The notes beneath the pieces were generated by a model. It had not been told where the DNA came from and did not search any database. It saw only the letters and a program-made list of their open reading frames with translations. From an uncultured archaeon (lineage in GTDB: Archaea; Iainarchaeota; Iainarchaeia; Iainarchaeales; 1-14-0-10-31-34), in the NCBI GenBank assembly GCA_964608675.1, contig CAZSOZ010000001.1:32001-96000 (forward strand): a stretch of 64,000 bases of DNA, given 5' to 3'. Made by a program: the position numbers and the translations under genes. Positions 1-9,303 of the stretch are shown here, piece after piece. Within the stretch, counting starts at the first letter, position 1; every line of letters starts with the position of its first letter.

Positions 1-233
1 GTAATAATATCGAAGAATTAATCATAAAAAAAGGAAAAAAACCTAAACTGGAATGCACTAAATGTGATTCAAGCAAAGTAGAAGAACTAGAAGAATTAGA
101 GTACGCAGAATTCATAGAAGAAAAAGCAAAAAATACAAGCGCTAAACTGAAAATAATTTCTTTGGAAACCCCTGAAGGAGAACAATTCTTTAAAGGTTTT
201 GGAGGAATCGGCGCATTTTTAAGATACAAATAA
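1..233 (+). CDS. prf1: Peptide chain release factor aRF1, C-terminal part (5' truncated by window)
   Basis: Manual translation from nt 3 gives ...LECTKCDS...KIISLETPEGEQFFKGFGGIGAFLRYK*. The GFGGIGA.LRY ending and CxxC minidomain are typical of aRF1. Not in the ORF track. Confidence 0.9.
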   Translation, partial: NNIEELIIKKGKKPKLECTKCDSSKVEELEELEYAEFIEEKAKNTSAKLKIISLETPEGEQFFKGFGGIGAFLRYK

Positions 234-248
234 AAAAAATGATTTTTA

Positions 249-1490
249 ATGGAAAACGAATTCTATTCAACCAAAACAAAAGGAATAAACGGAAGAATAA
301 AAGAAAGAATAAAAGACTTCAAAGTAATTGAAGCAGATGAAAAAGGAAAAGACTGCATTTTATGGCTTAACGAAGAAAACTTGGATAAACATGAAGAATT
401 AATTGTTCCTGAAAATGAAAACCAATGCAAGTTTTTATGGATGGAAATGCAGAAATTTAATTTAGATATAAATGAAGCAATAAGAAGGATTGCAAGATTT
501 AACAGGGTTTCAAAAAAAAGAATTACTTTTGCAGGAGTAAAAGACAAAAGAGCAGTTACTTCGCAAAAAATCTGTTTTTTTAAGCCTGAAACCGCAAGAC
601 TGAAAGAATTCAAAAGCAAATTCATAAAATTATCTAATGCTGAATGGAAAAAAGAAAAACTAAGAATTGGAATGCTGAAAGGAAACAAATTTGAAATAAC
701 AATAAGGCAGATTGAATTAACAAAAAATGAAACACAAAAAAGAATAAAAGACTGCTTTAAAGAAATGGAAAAAGGAATAGCAAATTATTTCGGAGAACAA
801 AGATTCGGAGGAATAAGAAAAGTAAGCCATTTAGTGGGCAAAGAATTCATTAAAGGAAATTTTGAGAAAGCAGTAATGCTTTATTTGACTGCAACAAATG
901 AATTAGAAGAAAAAGAAATTCAAAAAGCAAGAAAAGAATTGAAAGAAACAAAAGATTTTAGAAAAGCAATTAAAGATTTTCCTGGAAAATTTCGGTACGA
1001 AAGAGGAATCTTAAACCAATTAATAAAAGAACCTGATGACTTCATTAAAGCTTTCAGAGTACTTCCAAAAAATTTAAGGTATTTGTTTGTGCATGCTTAT
1101 CAAAGCTATTTATTTAACAAAATAATAAAAGAAAGAATAAAACAGGGAATAGGACTAAAAAAAACAAAAGAAGATATTCTGATTAATGGGATTCCATCTG
1201 CTCCTTTAATAGGATTTCAAACGGTTTTTGCAGAAGGAAAAATAGGAAAAATAGAAAAAGAAATACTTGAAAAAGAAAAAATTGAATTAAAGCAGTTTTA
1301 TGTTAAAGACATGAAAGAAATGTCTTCAAAAGGAACAAGAAAAGAAATTGTTTTGTTTCCTGAAAACCTGAAATTAAAGGAGATTTCAGAAGATGAATTC
1401 AGTCAAGGAAAATTAAAAACGTGCATAAGCTTTTATTTAAGTAAAGGCAATTATGGTACTACTGTATTAAAAGAAATAATGAAGGATTAA
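249..1490 (+). CDS. truD: tRNA pseudouridine(13) synthase TruD
   Basis: DFKVIE, FAGVKDKRAVTSQ (catalytic Asp), GNKFEITIR, NYFGEQRFG, HAYQSYLFN, GNYGTTVLKE. Confidence 0.95.
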   Translation: MENEFYSTKTKGINGRIKERIKDFKVIEADEKGKDCILWLNEENLDKHEELIVPENENQCKFLWMEMQKFNLDINEAIRRIARFNRVSKKRITFAGVKDKRAVTSQKICFFKPETARLKEFKSKFIKLSNAEWKKEKLRIGMLKGNKFEITIRQIELTKNETQKRIKDCFKEMEKGIANYFGEQRFGGIRKVSHLVGKEFIKGNFEKAVMLYLTATNELEEKEIQKARKELKETKDFRKAIKDFPGKFRYERGILNQLIKEPDDFIKAFRVLPKNLRYLFVHAYQSYLFNKIIKERIKQGIGLKKTKEDILINGIPSAPLIGFQTVFAEGKIGKIEKEILEKEKIELKQFYVKDMKEMSSKGTRKEIVLFPENLKLKEISEDEFSQGKLKTCISFYLSKGNYGTTVLKEIMKD

Positions 1491-1491
1491 C

Positions 1492-2445
1492 ATGAATGAA
1501 TTAATTTACTTTGGTTTTTCTCTTGGTTTAAGCTTGATTGGAATTCATTTTTTTGAAAAATACAGCAGAAAAAAAGATTTTTTTTTAGGAATAGACATAA
1601 ACAAAAAACACCAAAATAAAACCCCTGAAGCAACAGGAATAATTTTATTGTTTGTTTTATGGGTTTCCGTTCTTGCAGTAAATTTAATTGAAGGAATTAA
1701 AATTGAAAGCTTTTATTGGATGGCATTAATAACTGTTTTTTCTTTAGTCGGATTTGTGGATGACACTGCAAGCAAATGGAAAAAAAATCCTTTAGGATGG
1801 AAAGAAAGAGCTTTGCCTGTAATACTTGCATCAATTGCTTTTGGCTGGCTTGTTTCAGGAGAAATTATTTCAGCTGTAATAATTGGATTATTTGCAGGAG
1901 TTTTTTCTTCTTTTCATAACAGTTTTGCTGGATTAAACGGATGGGAAGTTGGCTCAAGTTATTTGATAGCGTTATTCACTGCGTTTTTATTAATAGGTTC
2001 AGGTTTGTTTATTTATTCAATTATAGTTTTAGGAATAATACTTGGATTACTTATATTTAATGTTTATCCTGCACGGGTTTTTCCCGGCGATTCAGGAACA
2101 CTTTTAATAGGAAGTTCTTTAAGTGGATTAATTGCATTAACTTTGCAGAAAGAATTGTTGGTTGTTTTTGCTTTATTTTATGTTCCTCATTTAATTGATT
2201 TTTTACTTAAATTAATCACAAATCCAAAAGATATGACTCAAGCCAAAACCAAACCATACAAAGTGCTTGAAAATGAAAGACTTGGAATTCCAGATTACCC
2301 AAAAAAAACAAAATACGATTTTGCAAAATTAATCATAAAATTTTTTGGACCCTTAAAAGAATGGAAAATTGTTTTAATTATTTGGATTTTAACTGCATTA
2401 AATTCAATAATTTGGTTGATTGCATTCAATAAACTTGTTCTTTGA
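1492..2445 (+). CDS. MraY/GPT-family (Glycos_transf_4) polyprenyl-phosphate HexNAc-1-phosphate transferase, AglH/Alg7-like
   Basis: Polytopic membrane protein; GIDINK, GFVDD, NSFAGLNG, NVYPARVFPGDSGT motifs. Confidence 0.85.
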   Translation: MNELIYFGFSLGLSLIGIHFFEKYSRKKDFFLGIDINKKHQNKTPEATGIILLFVLWVSVLAVNLIEGIKIESFYWMALITVFSLVGFVDDTASKWKKNPLGWKERALPVILASIAFGWLVSGEIISAVIIGLFAGVFSSFHNSFAGLNGWEVGSSYLIALFTAFLLIGSGLFIYSIIVLGIILGLLIFNVYPARVFPGDSGTLLIGSSLSGLIALTLQKELLVVFALFYVPHLIDFLLKLITNPKDMTQAKTKPYKVLENERLGIPDYPKKTKYDFAKLIIKFFGPLKEWKIVLIIWILTALNSIIWLIAFNKLVL

Positions 2446-3430
2446 TTTCAATTCTGAATACAGCAGCAATCAGCAAACTGAAAACTGTGGGAATAACCAG
2501 CCTTACAAAATCAAATATAATTAATACTGCACCTATTTCAGGCAAAGAAAGAGTTTCATTTACAAACCAAGGAATAGAAAGAAACGTTAATCCAGCAAAT
2601 TCAACTAAACCAATGCCTCTAGGAAGAAAAGGAGTTCTTTCCAAAACAGAAATAATAATAAACAAAACAATTAAAGGAACAAAATCCAAAGAAATTTTAA
2701 CAGAAAAAAAACTGAACTGAAAAGCAAGAAATTCAAAACAATAAGAAATCAAAGAAATTAATAATACAAGGAAAAAAGACTTTAAAGTTAAATTCTTGAG
2801 GTTGCAGGAATAAGCAGTAAAAAATTTTTCAATTGAAGCAAACAAACTAATGTCTTTGGAAAAAAAATTCAAAAAAGAAATAATAATTGAACCGCATTTA
2901 TTGTTTAAAGGCAAAACAAAAAAAAGGATTGCAATAGTTATCACAAAAAAACCGCTTAATAAAGCAAAAAAAGTTGTGGAATCCAGTTCAGCTTTAGAAA
3001 TAAAAAAAATTAAAATAAAAACAAAAAAAATTGCAAGAATAATAAATTTTGTGCCTTTTGCAATCATAGAAGAAGAAATTGATTCATCATAAGGAACTTT
3101 AAAAAAACTCTTTAATTTCATTGAACGCAAAGCTTCTGCTCCAAGCTGAACAGGAGTTAACGCTCCATACAAGGAACTGAAACCAACAATAAAAAGATTA
3201 GAATAAGAAACACTTGATTTTTTTCTTATTAAAAAAGCCCAAGAAATAAGCCAAACAAAAACTGAAATAAGAAAAAAAAAGGCAGACAAAAAAAATAACA
3301 GCCAGTCAATTTTAAGGAGTTCCAAATGAGCATTAGTCCACCATAAAACAATTGAAATTACTGCAACAAAAAAAACCAGAGAAAAAATACTTTTTCTTAT
3401 GAAATTTTTCATCAAAAAAAACCTTTTCAA
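2426..3430 (-). CDS. Lysylphosphatidylglycerol-synthase-TM (UPF0104) flippase-like membrane protein
   Basis: Many TM helices; TPVQLGAEALR and PFLPRGIGLVE motifs; alternative ATG start at 3412. Confidence 0.75.
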   Translation of the reverse strand: MKRFFLMKNFIRKSIFSLVFFVAVISIVLWWTNAHLELLKIDWLLFFLSAFFFLISVFVWLISWAFLIRKKSSVSYSNLFIVGFSSLYGALTPVQLGAEALRSMKLKSFFKVPYDESISSSMIAKGTKFIILAIFFVFILIFFISKAELDSTTFFALLSGFFVITIAILFFVLPLNNKCGSIIISFLNFFSKDISLFASIEKFFTAYSCNLKNLTLKSFFLVLLISLISYCFEFLAFQFSFFSVKISLDFVPLIVLFIIISVLERTPFLPRGIGLVEFAGLTFLSIPWFVNETLSLPEIGAVLIIFDFVRLVIPTVFSLLIAAVFRIEIKEQVY

Positions 3431-4044
3431 GAAGTAACAGAATGCAGTATTTCATTAATTTTGTTGATTATTTGATCTGAATCAGAATACATTGCAACAA
3501 ACAACTGCTGTAAAACAAGTGTTCCATCTTCAGATTTGGTTGTATTAATTACAAAAGAATTATTATACATTTCAACAGAAGGCTTAGATGAATTTTCTTC
3601 CGGAAATTTAACTACAAATTTAAAATCACTGGAATTTTCAAGAAAACTTTTGCATTGCCTTTTAGTTAACTGCTCGTTTTTTGATTTGTCTCCAAAATTA
3701 GTCTGACAATAATCTAAATTATTATTTTCATTCAAAACATAAACAACAGAAGAAATGTTTTTGTTTGTTGCAGAAAGAATTCCTGAAACCAAAGCAATCT
3801 GCTTTGAAACTTCAACTAAATTGCTTTTATCTGCATTAGTTTCAGAAACAAAAATAAATGAATTTCTTTCTTTAACTGTTTCAGAAAAATATTTTTGAGG
3901 AGAAGAAAAAGAATCAGAATAAAAAATTATTCCGTTTATTTCCTCTGAATAAACAAACTCTTGTTCAGGATAAAAAAAATAAATGCCTGCAAAAACAAAA
4001 ATAAAAAAAATCAAAATTAATGCAATTAAATTATTTTTTTCCAT
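3427..4044 (-). CDS. Membrane-anchored extracellular hypothetical protein
   Basis: N-terminal TM helix then soluble domain with two Cys; ATG start MEKNN. Confidence 0.6.
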   Translation of the reverse strand: MEKNNLIALILIFFIFVFAGIYFFYPEQEFVYSEEINGIIFYSDSFSSPQKYFSETVKERNSFIFVSETNADKSNLVEVSKQIALVSGILSATNKNISSVVYVLNENNNLDYCQTNFGDKSKNEQLTKRQCKSFLENSSDFKFVVKFPEENSSKPSVEMYNNSFVINTTKSEDGTLVLQQLFVAMYSDSDQIINKINEILHSVTS

Positions 4045-4140
4045 AAAAATAAAATTCAACAAAAAAGATTTAAATCAATTGAATTAAAAAACAAAAAAAC
4101 TAAATAAGTTTAAAAAAAATTAAAAAAAAAAGAAAAAGAA

Positions 4141-4158
4141 AGTAGGGTAAACCCTACT
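4141..4158 (-). terminator. Hairpin plus T-tract terminator after the S-layer gene
   Basis: agtagggt-aa-accctact inverted repeat 7 nt past the stop, followed by a long T-rich run on the minus strand. Confidence 0.7.
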
Positions 4159-4165
4159 GTTTTAT

Positions 4166-6988
4166 TTACAGGTTTTCTATTTCGTTGATTAACATTTGTG
4201 CTGCTGTAGATGTGTCTGCTGCCTTGTATCCTGCAACTACAATGTCTCCTGTATCTGCTTCTTCAAGTACGTAGTCTCCGTTTTTGGTCAGCAAGTCCTG
4301 CAAAGTTTGTCCGCCTACTGTGACTTCTCCTGCCAAAGCATTGACTTTCCATCCACCCACAATAATGTGTTTGGCTGCTGAAGCTCCGTCGTCGTACTTT
4401 ACTAAGTTTCCTGCAGGCTGTAAAGCCTTATAGGTTGTTGGAGAAACTGTACATGTTCCTGTTGCATCTCCTCCACCAGTACAAGTTGCATTATAGGTGA
4501 CTGCGTTAACAGTTACTTTTGTTCCACCTGTAGTGCTTCCTGTGTCTCCTTCAGCGATTGTTAAGTCTTCTCCGCCTGTGACTTCAGTTGAAGTTCCTGC
4601 TCCTGAAACCAAGACTTCCATTTGAGGTCTGTTTTCAGGCAAGGTTATTTTGAATTCGTGGTTGTCTAAGACAATTTTTGAACCAAAGTCAGTGTATACC
4701 CATGAAGGATAAGTTGAAGTACTGCTTTCGCTTAATGCATAGGCACCGTAGTTGTAGTCGGCTTCATAACTGTAGTTGCTTAACTGTGTGTTAGGCAATG
4801 CAATTAAGTTGCCTGTTCCTGTATCAACAAACCAGTTTCCATCGTAAGTTGAGTCTTCGTCTTCGTCAAACTGGAATCTTGCAACAAAGTATTCGTTTGC
4901 GTTGTAGTTTGTGTCACCTTCCATTTTAACTGGCAAGTACTGGCTGTGCGGTACATAGAAAGGATAAGCTGATGTTCCTGCTGGAATATGTGTTAATACT
5001 CCTCCGCTTGCGTTCATGTCCTCTGTAGTGTCTGTTCCAACTAATTTAATGTGTTTAGTGTATTGTGTGGTTAATGCCTGTGCATCAAAGAACAACCATA
5101 AGTGTCCTGTTGCACCGTCTGCTGCTTCGTCTAGCATGAACTCATAGTCGTGTGTTATTCCGCTTGCTCCTTCAAATGAAATCGGGGCGTCAGCTGTAAA
5201 GTTCTGGTCTACATAGTATATTTCTTGTATTAAGGTTCCGCTTGAAGTGTCTTTCTTGAAGGTAACGTTTCCGTCAGCTGTCAAGTAAACACAGACGTTT
5301 CCGTCTCCCATTCCAGAGAAAGTAAACTGCATTCCGTTGATGTCAACGTTGGCGTCTCCTACTCTATAGTAGTCGTTTCCAATGAATGCATTAAAGTCTC
5401 CTCCGTCATAAAAAACAGAATGCAAATTGATTGGCTGTCCGTTAATGTAGTTTCCGTCACCAATACAGTCATATCTTGTTCCAGAACCGTCTGCTGAAGT
5501 AGTTGCTCTTACGTTTACATCAGCTGCATTCAATCTATACCAGATTGTTTGGGAATCAATACTTAAAGTACCGCTTCCATTACTTCCTGAAACAGACTGT
5601 GCCATTTTATATAAAGGAACAGTGTGTTCTGCTTCATAAGTTGAATCCTTGTAAGTTAATTCTCCGTCTTTGAATTCAACTACTGTTGTTCTTTCTGTTT
5701 TGCTTACTCCGTTGAATTCAGGCAGCTGCAATCCAAGCAATTCCAAAGTGCCTATGTCTTCTAGGAAACCTGCTTCTTCTCCTACCAGTAATGCATCTGT
5801 TCCAACAAAATCATAAGTTGACTTGTTCTGGATGTTAACGTCTTTCAGGTAGTTTCCGTCAAAGTTTAATTTTACTTCCCAGTCATAATCTTCATCCTGC
5901 AGGGTTGCATCATAAGGATATCCTTTATCGTTGTATAATTTGACTCTTGCATTTCCTACAAGAATTGTTGGAGTAAAGATTTCTGCATCTGAAACAACTG
6001 TTTTCAGGATTTCACTGATGTTAACCAAAGTGTTTAAAACTGGTTCTCCTGTGTTGTCATCGTAGAATACAACATCTCCTGTTGAAAACAAGTCTGTTTT
6101 AACCAGGGTTCCATCTTCTTTGTACAAAGACAAAGTTATTTTTTGTGTTGAACCTGAAGTTCCTCCTGGTCCGACTTCAATGTAGTAGGTTTCTCCGTCA
6201 TATCCTTCTAAGTCAGGTATTCTGTCTCCTTCACTGTACTGTGTTTCACCTGATGTTTTAATTAATTCAACATAAGTTGTAGTGACTGTTTTGACTAAGT
6301 AGTCGTCTCCAAATAAAGGAATTCTTACGTTGTCGTTTCCGTCGTCAGAAAAGTTTACTGTTGAACTCAAAGATTCATACCTGGGAATTCCTGAACCTAA
6401 ATTTAAATTATACTTTAGGTTTCCTGCAGTTATTACTCCAACTAAGTCTTTAACTGTTATTCTGTCAAATTTTGCGTCAACAGTAAAAAACAGTCTTTCC
6501 TGAATTGAAGTAGTATAGGAAGTTCCGTTGTATGTGTATGTGTCTGCTCCATTATAATACAATGATGGAAGATTTGAGTTAGTTACTGACTTACTGTTAA
6601 AATTGGCTTCTTGTCCTGATGTTTCTGAATTCAAATTGTTATAGAAAGTTTTTCCTCCTGTAACACTGGTTGTTCCGCCGACAGTTAAATCAACTGTTAA
6701 GTCTGTGACTGAAGGGGTTGCTCCTCCTGAACAATCTGCAGGACCAACTGCAACTTCACTGGTTGTATAGGCTTTTTGTCCGACTGCTACTGCAATGTTT
6801 CCTGCCCATACTGCATCGCTTACAGCTGCTTGTTTTCCAACAACAACATCAACCAAAGGACTTCCAGAACTTGAAATTAAGTCTGATTTTGTCAGGTCGA
6901 TTGCTGAAGCCATTGGAGCCAAAGCAGAACCAACTAAAGCTGCTCCTGCGGCAACTGCCACGAGCTTCTTTATGTTCAAATTTCTCAT
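4166..6988 (-). CDS. S-layer protein (Methanococcales/Thermococcales-type N- and C-terminal domains)
   Basis: Signal MRNLNIKKLVAVAAGAALVG; VVVGKQAAVSDAVWAGNIA; C-terminal IIVGGWKVNAL and IVVAGYKAADT motifs; acidic and Thr/Gly-rich; C-ending codon bias of a highly expressed gene; strong SD. Confidence 0.88.
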   Translation of the reverse strand: MRNLNIKKLVAVAAGAALVGSALAPMASAIDLTKSDLISSSGSPLVDVVVGKQAAVSDAVWAGNIAVAVGQKAYTTSEVAVGPADCSGGATPSVTDLTVDLTVGGTTSVTGGKTFYNNLNSETSGQEANFNSKSVTNSNLPSLYYNGADTYTYNGTSYTTSIQERLFFTVDAKFDRITVKDLVGVITAGNLKYNLNLGSGIPRYESLSSTVNFSDDGNDNVRIPLFGDDYLVKTVTTTYVELIKTSGETQYSEGDRIPDLEGYDGETYYIEVGPGGTSGSTQKITLSLYKEDGTLVKTDLFSTGDVVFYDDNTGEPVLNTLVNISEILKTVVSDAEIFTPTILVGNARVKLYNDKGYPYDATLQDEDYDWEVKLNFDGNYLKDVNIQNKSTYDFVGTDALLVGEEAGFLEDIGTLELLGLQLPEFNGVSKTERTTVVEFKDGELTYKDSTYEAEHTVPLYKMAQSVSGSNGSGTLSIDSQTIWYRLNAADVNVRATTSADGSGTRYDCIGDGNYINGQPINLHSVFYDGGDFNAFIGNDYYRVGDANVDINGMQFTFSGMGDGNVCVYLTADGNVTFKKDTSSGTLIQEIYYVDQNFTADAPISFEGASGITHDYEFMLDEAADGATGHLWLFFDAQALTTQYTKHIKLVGTDTTEDMNASGGVLTHIPAGTSAYPFYVPHSQYLPVKMEGDTNYNANEYFVARFQFDEDEDSTYDGNWFVDTGTGNLIALPNTQLSNYSYEADYNYGAYALSESSTSTYPSWVYTDFGSKIVLDNHEFKITLPENRPQMEVLVSGAGTSTEVTGGEDLTIAEGDTGSTTGGTKVTVNAVTYNATCTGGGDATGTCTVSPTTYKALQPAGNLVKYDDGASAAKHIIVGGWKVNALAGEVTVGGQTLQDLLTKNGDYVLEEADTGDIVVAGYKAADTSTAAQMLINEIENL

Positions 6989-6996
6989 ATTTTATT

Positions 6997-7003
6997 TCAC
7001 CTC
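6997..7003 (-). promoter_or_regulatory. Shine-Dalgarno GAGGTGA of the S-layer gene
   Basis: Minus strand GAGGTGA 8 nt upstream of ATG 6988. Confidence 0.8.
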
Positions 7004-7022
7004 ACGTGTTTATCAAAAATAA

Positions 7023-7116
7023 GAACCTCTTAAATGAAAGCGCTTTCCATACAAAGGAAGCAGTCTCATAAGTAAAGGCTCTAATATTGAATATAATGTT
7101 TTGTTTAAATATGTTT
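7023..7116 (-). promoter_or_regulatory. S-layer promoter (BRE/TATA) and structured 5' leader
   Basis: Minus strand gaaac-ATATTTAAAC at about 7103-7117; long imperfect stem-loop 7023-7081 starting near the predicted TSS. Confidence 0.5.
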
Positions 7117-7244
7117 CTATTTTGGAAAACAAAGAAAATGCTTTAAAACTGCAAAATAAGGGGTTTTTTTGATGAATTGTTGAATTTTGATTCGTGATTT
7201 GTCGAAGCAGTTTTTTTGTGTTGTTCAGGAAAATTCCCCTTTAA

Positions 7245-7880
7245 TTATTCATATAATTTTTTGTTGAATTCAGCGAGTTCTTCTTTGTTTAAATGAGCTG
7301 CTATGAATTCGGTGTAAGAGTGAACAATGTCTGAAATTAAAATTAGTCCGTCCTGCATTTCTCTTGCTGAAAATTCTATTTTGTCAGGGCGGATTACTTC
7401 AAGTGAAGCAGGACCATATAAAAACATTAATTTCATTAAACCATGAAAGTCTTTAACTGACAGGTTTACATCCAAATAAGAAGAGTAGTGTTCGCCTTGC
7501 TGGATTGGTTCTGCTTTAATTATTTCATAAATAGTGAAATCTTTTTCTTTTCTTATTGTTTCATCTATTTCTTTTAATTGTTTGTGCAAAAGGCTTTCTT
7601 CTATTGCCTGAACTTCAATGTTTGCCCTTAATCTTATTTTGTTTTTGTCTTTTTCTGCAATCATTTTTCTTTTCCTCACTGCATCAGATATTTCTTTTTT
7701 AAGCCAGTATTTTGTAGGATAACCTTCTTTTGAAATTAATTCAAGCTTTAACATTAACCTTAATTCTTTCATTAAAGAATCATACGGAATATTTAATTGT
7801 TCTCTTAATTCTTCTGCAGTTTTTGGTTCATGCAAAAGCAAAACAGCTATTCTTTTCTGGCTTTCATTAAACCTCGGCAT
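7245..7880 (-). CDS. Winged-HTH protein fused to a conserved archaeal alpha/beta domain of unknown function
   Basis: N-terminal EPKTAEELREQLNIPYDSLMKELRLMLKLELI HTH pattern; C-terminal YGPASLEVIRPDKI segment. Confidence 0.6.
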   Translation of the reverse strand: MPRFNESQKRIAVLLLHEPKTAEELREQLNIPYDSLMKELRLMLKLELISKEGYPTKYWLKKEISDAVRKRKMIAEKDKNKIRLRANIEVQAIEESLLHKQLKEIDETIRKEKDFTIYEIIKAEPIQQGEHYSSYLDVNLSVKDFHGLMKLMFLYGPASLEVIRPDKIEFSAREMQDGLILISDIVHSYTEFIAAHLNKEELAEFNKKLYE

Positions 7881-7961
7881 TAAACATTAAAACAAAAAAT
7901 GGTTTAAAAAGCTTTAGTTAAAGCAAAAGGTTTTAAATAGAAAGAAAAGTAGTTTTTAAGA

Positions 7962-8255
7962 ATGGCTTTAGAAAATGTTGCAGGCACTGCAGGACAAACT
8001 GCAGGAAACTTTATTGGAGACCCTTCTCTTTTAATTGCAGGAATTGCATTAATTATTGCAGCAGTAATTATTTTTACAGTAATAAAAAAAGTAATAGTTA
8101 ATTCTATTGCAGGATTAATTGTATTTGGAATAATAAAATTTGTAGTTGGAATAAACCTTCCTTTTATTCCCACTCTGATTGTAACAGCAATTTTTGGTTT
8201 AGCGGGAATCGGAGCAATGCTTGTACTTCATTTTTTAGGAGTTCTTGCTGTCTAA
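7962..8255 (+). CDS. Small BofA-like membrane protein
   Basis: Three TM helices; KKVIVNSIAGLI and TAIFGLAGIGAMLVL pattern. Confidence 0.6.
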   Translation: MALENVAGTAGQTAGNFIGDPSLLIAGIALIIAAVIIFTVIKKVIVNSIAGLIVFGIIKFVVGINLPFIPTLIVTAIFGLAGIGAMLVLHFLGVLAV

Positions 8256-9248
8256 AACAAAATCAGCTTTTCTTCCGCACTCAGAACATTTTCCTTTTTC
8301 AATCCCCTTTATTTTTGAATCAAAATAAATCCTTGAAACCAAAAGATTATTGCAGGAAGGACAATAAGTGTTTTCTTCTTCCCTTAAATTTCCTGCATAC
8401 ACATATTTTATTCCTTTTTTTTCTGCTGTCTGTTTTGCTTCATTTACAACAGAAGAAGATGTTCTTGGAAGATAATCAAGTTTGTAGGCAGGATGAAAAG
8501 CAGTGAAATGCAAAGGAATTGAATCAGACAAAAACAAAACAAAATCTGCTGTCTCTTCAAAAAACTTTTTTTTGTCATTAAAAGAAGGAACAATCAAATA
8601 AGTTAACTCCAAATGAATTTTGTTTTTATGAACCCATTCAATACTTTCTTTTACTTTTTGTATGTCAATGTTTCCACACAATTTTTTATAGAATTCAGAG
8701 TTTCCCTTTAAGTCAATGTTTACTGCATTCAGATATTTTTTGGTTTCCTTTAAAACTTCTTCTGTCATGTAGCCGTTGGAAACAAAAACATTAAACAAAT
8801 TGTTTTTTTTTGCCAGCTTCATTATATCCAAAGCATATTCAATAAAAACAGTGGGTTCAGTGTAAGTGTAAGCAATTCCGTCAGCATTGTTTTCCAAAGC
8901 ATTTTCAATTATTTTTTCAGGAGCAGTAAAAGGAATTGAATCAAGCATTTCAGTAGTCCATTCTTTTGAAATATCATAATTTTGGCAGTGCTGGCAAAAA
9001 AAATTGCATCCAAAAGTACTTACTCCTAAAACTTTTGAACCAGGATGAAAATGAAACAAAGGCTTTTTTTCAATTGAATCAATTGAATCAGTAAGATTTT
9101 TTCCATAAGACAAAGAAAAAAGTTTTCCTTTAATGTTTTTTCTTACTTTGCATAAACCAAAAGAATTTTCAGGAATAACACAGTTTCTTCTGCAGGCATT
9201 GCATTTAACTGCATTTTTTTCTTTCTGCCAGAATAATGCTCTTTTCAT
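8235..9248 (-). CDS. amrS: AmmeMemoRadiSam system radical SAM enzyme
   Basis: N-terminal CNAC..NC..GLC, IEKKPLFHFHPGS, CNFFCQHCQN (CX3CX2C), AYTYTEPT, C-terminal CPSC/CSEC. Confidence 0.9.
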   Translation of the reverse strand: MKRALFWQKEKNAVKCNACRRNCVIPENSFGLCKVRKNIKGKLFSLSYGKNLTDSIDSIEKKPLFHFHPGSKVLGVSTFGCNFFCQHCQNYDISKEWTTEMLDSIPFTAPEKIIENALENNADGIAYTYTEPTVFIEYALDIMKLAKKNNLFNVFVSNGYMTEEVLKETKKYLNAVNIDLKGNSEFYKKLCGNIDIQKVKESIEWVHKNKIHLELTYLIVPSFNDKKKFFEETADFVLFLSDSIPLHFTAFHPAYKLDYLPRTSSSVVNEAKQTAEKKGIKYVYAGNLREEENTYCPSCNNLLVSRIYFDSKIKGIEKGKCSECGRKADFVLDSKNS

Positions 9249-9303
9249 AAAAAAAAAATATGATTGAATTGAATTAAAATCATTTCTGTGTTTTTATTGT
9301 TTC

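Noticed and set aside
4166-6988. S-layer gene as a horizontally acquired high-GC island
   Set aside because: Higher GC is explained by Gly/Ala/Thr/Asp content and C-ending preferred codons of a highly expressed gene; no mobility signatures.
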